Origin: a virus
Lineage: Duplodnaviria; Caudoviricetes
DNA length: 30,342 nt
Direction: 5' to 3' (one strand)
IMG/VR virus record: IMGVR_UViG_3300049202_000007
Span: 1-30,342 of that record
The translations under genes were made by a program, and so were the position numbers. The first letter of the stretch is position 1. Each line of letters begins with the position of its first letter. Positions 26,693 through 30,342 of the stretch are shown piece after piece. The notes under the pieces were generated by a model that was given only the letters and a program-made list of their open reading frames with translations, did no database searches and had not been told where the DNA came from.

Positions 26693-27003
26693 TGAGCACC
26701 GCCTTGGCCTTCGCACAGCTCGACGCTCATTACTGACGCGGTGATCAAAGCCTGGCTCGCCATGGCAAGAAAGCGGATTGCTACTGCGTCGTTGACATCG
26801 GGACTGCGATCAATACACGCCGTCGCGATATGCTGAAGAGCGCCAAGCAGGCCGGTTGCCATATTCATTGCTTCCCCGACGGGAATTCCGGCATTCACGC
26901 CGAAAGGTTGGCGGTTTTCGCCATCCACGGTTGCGAAGTCAGTAGCCTCAGTGAGCAGTTGGTGTTGCATCCGGCTAAGTCCGGTGGTATTTTTCGGGTG
27001 CAT
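26689..27003 (-). CDS. DUF3077-like protein
   Basis: FGVNAGIPVGEAMNMATGLL motif; GGAGG RBS. Confidence 0.75.
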   Translation of the reverse strand: MHPKNTTGLSRMQHQLLTEATDFATVDGENRQPFGVNAGIPVGEAMNMATGLLGALQHIATACIDRSPDVNDAVAIRFLAMASQALITASVMSVELCEGQGGAQ

Positions 27004-27065
27004 GAATTCGTCCTCCAAAGAACGAAGAAGTACCTAAGCGCTTGCTGTAACAAGTGCCGATTGAG

Positions 27066-27087
27066 AACCCGCTTGCAGGCGGGTTTT
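27066..27087. terminator. Terminator-like hairpin (tR1 position; better U-tract on + strand)
   Basis: AACCCGC-TTGCAG-GCGGGTT-TT. Confidence 0.6.
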
Positions 27088-27197
27088 CTGCTTTCTGGGA
27101 TTCAGAAAGTCAGAATTTGAAGCAGGCGCGCGGTCAGGGCGGTCCTGTGGTTTGTTTAATTGGTGCGCCTGCGTGTTTCATTCTTGATGTCCTTCTA

Positions 27198-27213
27198 CTG
27201 GTTTTTTATCCAG
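27198..27213. promoter_or_regulatory. LexA (SOS) box-like site
   Basis: ta-CTGGTTTTTTATCCAG-t, i.e. CTG-N10-CAG with an AT-rich core. Confidence 0.65.
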
Positions 27214-27282
27214 TCCGCATAGGATACTTCAGGTATCCAGACAAACCACAACCAGACGTGCGCATCCGAGGAACACAACTCG

Positions 27283-27477
27283 TTAGCGTCCTGGGAATTT
27301 GCTAATTTCTTTTGCCGATGCAGTGCCGTCAGCCGCCAGCTCCACAAAAATGGTCCTACCTGCTGCGATAGCTTTCGACAAAGCTGGACCTGTGCAGCCA
27401 AGGTCCTTTGCTGCTTTCTTTCTGCCATTTAGTTCGACGTACTCGGCCAGTGGAATGCAGACCTTTGTGAAGATCAT
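27283..27477 (-). CDS. Second Cro, lambda-Cro-like (alpha+beta type)
   Basis: IPLAEYVELNGRKKAAKDLGCTGPALSKAIAAGRTIFVELAADGTASAKEISKFP aligns by eye with lambda Cro ITLKDY..GQTKTAKDLGV.QSAINKAIHAGRKIF...ADGSV.AEEVKPFP. Confidence 0.85.
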   Translation of the reverse strand: MIFTKVCIPLAEYVELNGRKKAAKDLGCTGPALSKAIAAGRTIFVELAADGTASAKEISKFPGR

Positions 27478-27764
27478 CGATCGAGCTGCTGCGTACTGGA
27501 TAAATGAACAGATGGATTGCCAGCCTGATCACTAGTCGAAATTTGAGTCATCATTTGGTTCAGGGTGGCGGCGGGATACAGCTCTGGACTCAGGCGCGAA
27601 CGCGAAACTCCTGAGGCCGCTTCGATTTTTAGCACGTGTTTTGCTGGAATATTTCCGGTCGCACACATCCGTTGAACGTTTTGAGGCGTGCAACCAAGGA
27701 TCTTGGCTAAGGCCGTCTGGCTACCAACGGCCTTCACTACAGCTGCCATCGCAATACTACTCAT
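27474..27764 (-). CDS. cro: Cro, P22-Cro/YdaS-like all-alpha type
   Basis: Divergent from cI; GSQTALAKILGCTPQNVQRM..GNIPAKHVLKIEAASGVSRSRLSPELYP. Confidence 0.88.
   Translation of the reverse strand: MSSIAMAAVVKAVGSQTALAKILGCTPQNVQRMCATGNIPAKHVLKIEAASGVSRSRLSPELYPAATLNQMMTQISTSDQAGNPSVHLSSTQQLDR
27496..27511. promoter_or_regulatory. LexA (SOS) box-like site inside the 3' end of cro
   Basis: ta-CTGGATAAATGAACAG, i.e. CTG-N10-CAG. Confidence 0.65.
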
Positions 27765-27798
27765 GGTCTGCCCCTACGGACTTGTGACATTGCCAAAA

Positions 27799-27827
27799 AG
27801 GCTACAACCACAAGCTGTAGATTACAA
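27799..27827 (-). promoter_or_regulatory. pR promoter
   Basis: TTGTAA-N17-TAGCCT, overlapped by two operators. Confidence 0.75.
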
Positions 27828-27864
27828 ACATTATTTGCAGTGATACCTACAACACGAGATTGTA
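27803..27864. promoter_or_regulatory. OR: three 17-bp operators (TACAA-N7-TTGTA consensus)
   Basis: 27803-27819 TACAACCACAAGCTGTA; 27823-27839 TACAAACATTATTTGCA; 27848-27864 TACAACACGAGATTGTA. Confidence 0.88.
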
Positions 27865-27868
27865 TGCT
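27840..27868 (+). promoter_or_regulatory. pRM promoter (probably leaderless cI mRNA)
   Basis: GTGATA-N17-TATGCT, ending 7 nt before ATG 27876; no SD sequence. Confidence 0.65.
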
Positions 27869-27875
27869 TGCGCCT

Positions 27876-28664
27876 ATGAAGACCATCTCTGAAATCATCA
27901 AGCAGGCACGTCAAGCTGCCGGCATCAGCCAGTCAGAACTGGCTCGGCGACTGAAGATCACTCCGCAGTCGGTGCAGGCATGGGAATCCGGAAGATCTAC
28001 GCCGCGCCCCCTCATGTATGTTGATATCTCTGAAGCGCTGAATATCTCGCTTGAAAGCCTGCTTACCACCGCCATTGTTGGTATGGGTAAGAGCGGCCCT
28101 ATCAACTCGAGCGAGATCCGAGCCTTGAGGGATTCAATCCTGCGCACGGTAGGGCCCAACACCGAGCCCTTAGGACAAATTGACGCATGGGATGATGCCC
28201 CTCCCCCGGATGATGGCGAAGTTTACGTGCCATTCCTCGACGATGTTTACGTGCCATTCCTCAAGGAAGTGGAGTTGTCCGCGGGTAGCGGCAAGACTGT
28301 GGTTGAGCAGTCCAAAAAGCAAAAATTGCGGTTTTGGAAGATGACTCTTCGCCGTCAAGGCGTTCAGCCAAGCGAGGCTGTTTGCGTTACGGTAAGCGGC
28401 AACAGCATGGAGCCGGTACTTCCAGATAAGAGCGTTGTTGGAGTTGATCAGGGCAATACGACTATCACTGATGGGAAAATGTATGCCTTGAATCACGGGG
28501 GGCAACTCCGGGTCAAGACTCTTTTTCGCCTGCCTGGTGGAGGGGTTCGTCTTCGCAGCTTTAATAGAGATGACCATCCCGATGAGGAGTACACACCACA
28601 GCAGATGATCGAAAACGAGATCACGATCATTGGCAGGGTGTTCTGGTCATCAGTGCTCTGGTAA
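27876..28664 (+). CDS. cI: CI repressor (XRE HTH + S24 peptidase)
   Basis: ISQSELARRLKITPQSVQAWESG; Ala-Gly site LSAGSG; catalytic GNSMEP and RVK; IIGRVFW. Confidence 0.95.
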   Translation: MKTISEIIKQARQAAGISQSELARRLKITPQSVQAWESGRSTPRPLMYVDISEALNISLESLLTTAIVGMGKSGPINSSEIRALRDSILRTVGPNTEPLGQIDAWDDAPPPDDGEVYVPFLDDVYVPFLKEVELSAGSGKTVVEQSKKQKLRFWKMTLRRQGVQPSEAVCVTVSGNSMEPVLPDKSVVGVDQGNTTITDGKMYALNHGGQLRVKTLFRLPGGGVRLRSFNRDDHPDEEYTPQQMIENEITIIGRVFWSSVLW

Positions 28665-28684
28665 TAAGTCCGTAAACGATTTGG

Positions 28685-28706
28685 CCAGGCATCCGCCTGG
28701 TTTTTT
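28685..28706 (+). terminator. cI terminator
   Basis: CCAGGC-ATCC-GCCTGG-TTTTTT. Confidence 0.85.
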
Positions 28707-28714
28707 CGTCGAAT

Positions 28715-28755
28715 TACAAATTAGATTTGCCAATTACAAATTCAAGTTGTAATGT
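28715..28755 (+). promoter_or_regulatory. OL (two operators) and pL
   Basis: Operators at 28715-28731 and 28735-28751 (TACAAATTCAAGTTGTA); promoter TTGCCA-N17-TAATGT at 28727-28755. Confidence 0.85.
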
Positions 28756-28789
28756 CTACTCCATCGCACCCCAGCATGGAGCTTCAGAC

Positions 28790-29173
28790 ATGGCCACCAA
28801 CACCCTCACCGCCGGCAACTGGCAGGGCACCCTCAAGATGGGCCTAGCTCCTCGCGAGCTTGAAGCCACGCTGTGGGCCGCTGCCGATTTGACGGTGAAA
28901 GAGATTGGGCGCGTCATGGGTATCAGCCCCGCTACTGCAGAGAAACGTCTCGACAGCGCCCGCTTCAAGCTGGGCGCCAAGACGATGCGCGGCCTGGTGC
29001 TGGAAGCATTCAAGCGCCAGATTATCAGCCCCTTGGTAATTGCTCTCTGCGCCATTCTCGTTGGTCAGTCAGCCACCAGCGACAACCCTCTGAGCCGAAT
29101 CCGCAGACCTGGCGAGCGCCGCGTTGAAACCCGCGTGGCCGTCCGACGGATTGAGGTCGCCCTCACCGCTTAA
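28790..29173 (+). CDS. LuxR/GerE-type HTH protein with a hydrophobic C-terminal segment
   Basis: LAPRELE....AADLTVKEIGRVMGISPATAEKRLDSARFKLGA; GGAG RBS. Confidence 0.85.
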   Translation: MATNTLTAGNWQGTLKMGLAPRELEATLWAAADLTVKEIGRVMGISPATAEKRLDSARFKLGAKTMRGLVLEAFKRQIISPLVIALCAILVGQSATSDNPLSRIRRPGERRVETRVAVRRIEVALTA

Positions 29174-29237
29174 CCCAACCTGGTTTTTGCGAAAGCCAAC
29201 AACGCGGCCGGGATTGGCTCGGCCTGGAGAAAGTGAA

Positions 29238-29663
29238 ATGACCTCAACACAATACGATTCCCGTACTGCCGACAAGTTTGTTGCGCGCCTGCCTAACGGC
29301 CTTCGTGCAGACATTGAAGCGGTGGCGAACGCCAGTGACCGCAGTATGAACAGTGTGTTTGTTCAGGCGGTCCGCCAGTATCTCGATGTCCAGCGGCGCC
29401 AGTAGCTGCTACTGGACGCGCTCGCAAGCGCTGCCAACACCCCGACAGCTGGCGACCCAATGCACATTGATGACCGCGTGAAGGTCATGGCAGACCCTCG
29501 CGATCTGTTCATCGCCGCCAACCCAACCGGCGCCGCCAATGAGGAGCTGACGAAGGGCCGTAGCGGATTCGTCGACGAAAGCACTCATGCGGACTACCTG
29601 ATCTTCCTGGCTGGTTACCGGGCAGCGATCAAGGGCCCAGAAGGAACCGAGGTTCAGCCATGA
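29238..29663 (+). pseudogene. Arc/AmrZ-like ribbon-helix-helix gene interrupted by an in-frame TAG (29403-29405)
   Basis: YDSRTADKFVARLPNGLR...RSMNS; the frame continues past the TAG (LLLDALASAA...) into ORF 29460-29663. Confidence 0.7.
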
Positions 29664-29875
29664 CAACCAAAACGCCAAGCGCCAGCCAGATTTCTCTCCA
29701 GAACGAGTTCAGCCAGCTCGGCTCTCGCCTCGTTCGCTTCGGTCAGGCCATGCAAGAGCCCAGCACCACCGTCAGCGATCTTATGCGCCTGGCCCAGGCC
29801 TGTGGGATCAACCTTAAGTTGCGCGTGGTGGCCGAGTCGCAAGAGGCGACGGGGGGGAACCATGTCAGCAGCTGA
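29660..29875 (+). CDS. Hypothetical protein
   Basis: GAGG RBS; ATGA coupling. Confidence 0.75.
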   Translation: MTTKTPSASQISLQNEFSQLGSRLVRFGQAMQEPSTTVSDLMRLAQACGINLKLRVVAESQEATGGNHVSS

Positions 29876-30206
29876 AGAGCTTCTTCACGACACCGAGCAC
29901 GACAAAGTCACCGAAAAGCGGATGGCGGAGCTGGTGGGAACCACAGCGAAGGCGCTGCAGCGAAAGAGGGAGCGGAAGATCATCCCGCCAGGTGTGTGGA
30001 TGAAGATCGATGGACGCATTATGTACAGCAAGCGGAGATATGATGAATGGATAGAAAGCCTGTGGACCTGCCATCAGGGGTTGAGCTTGTCGGGCCTTCC
30101 ATCCGAATTCGCTTCACCTGGAACAAGAAGCGGTGCTGCGAAACGCTTGCCTTCCCTCAAACCCCGAAAGGCATCGCTGCTGCAGCGAACCTACGTGCTC
30201 AAGTAA
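29862..30206 (+). CDS. Putative excisionase
   Basis: wHTH-like VTEKRMAELVGTT...VWMKIDGRIMYSKRRYDEW, directly upstream of and overlapping int. Confidence 0.7.
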   Translation: MSAAEELLHDTEHDKVTEKRMAELVGTTAKALQRKRERKIIPPGVWMKIDGRIMYSKRRYDEWIESLWTCHQGLSLSGLPSEFASPGTRSGAAKRLPSLKPRKASLLQRTYVLK

Positions 30207-30342
30207 AGCAGCTGGATAAGCTCGGTGCGCTGACTGCTGAAAAGTACGCCGAGCTGTTCCCGGGCACCCGGAGCCTGGAGGCCCAGGCGGTTCCTATCTT
30301 TTTTGATTATGCCCAGGATTGGCTGGACGGCCTGCAAATTGT
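30047..30342 (+). CDS. int: Tyrosine integrase, N-terminal arm-binding (DUF3596-like) part; truncated by the window
   Basis: Not in the ORF track. MDRKPVDLPSGVELVGPSIRIRFTWNKKRCCETL...AANLRAQVK...YAELFP...FFDYAQDWLD is open to the edge. Catalytic domain not visible. Confidence 0.85.
   Translation, partial: MDRKPVDLPSGVELVGPSIRIRFTWNKKRCCETLAFPQTPKGIAAAANLRAQVKQLDKLGALTAEKYAELFPGTRSLEAQAVPIFFDYAQDWLDGLQI

Larger units (their letters stand above)
1..30342. mobile_element. Lambdoid HK97-like siphoviral prophage (both ends outside the window)
   Basis: Contiguous int-xis-cI-cro-replication-Q-terminase-head-tail synteny with no host genes. att sites are not visible. Confidence 0.97.

Noticed and set aside
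27195-27428. 77-aa alternative-frame ORF over cro2
   Set aside because: Overlaps the clearly Cro-like frame and lacks an RBS or motif.
1-30342. tRNA, rRNA, IS elements or att sites
   Set aside because: None recognised; att sites should lie outside the window.

Overview
The window is almost a whole lambdoid, HK97-type siphoviral prophage. The host is most likely Pseudomonas, inferred from the protein families and an AmrZ-like Arc protein. On the minus strand, from right to left: cro, a second lambda-type Cro, DUF3077, Rha, replication initiator with iterons, DnaC-like loader, DnaB, Q, putative lysis-associated pair, HNH, TerS/TerL, portal, protease, capsid, head-tail connectors, tail tube, G/GT chaperones with a GGGAAAG frameshift, tape measure, M-L-K-I, and J (cut off at the left edge). 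On the plus strand: an S24-type CI, a very short pL operon (LuxR-type HTH, amber-interrupted Arc/AmrZ-like gene, hypothetical, Xis-like) and the N-terminus of a tyrosine integrase (cut off at the right edge). Five 17-bp operators, pR, pRM and pL are readable directly from the sequence. The most unusual parts are (i) two tandem Cro genes of apparently different folds, with the second bracketed by two SOS-box-like sites and followed by a highly structured leader; (ii) at least five accessory (moron) genes of unknown function, including a divergent cassette of a very acidic protein and a wHTH-like protein; (iii) a recurring CGCGACAC..GTGTCGCG inverted element; and (iv) an in-frame amber codon in the Arc gene. 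All family assignments come from motif recognition and synteny, not from database searches.
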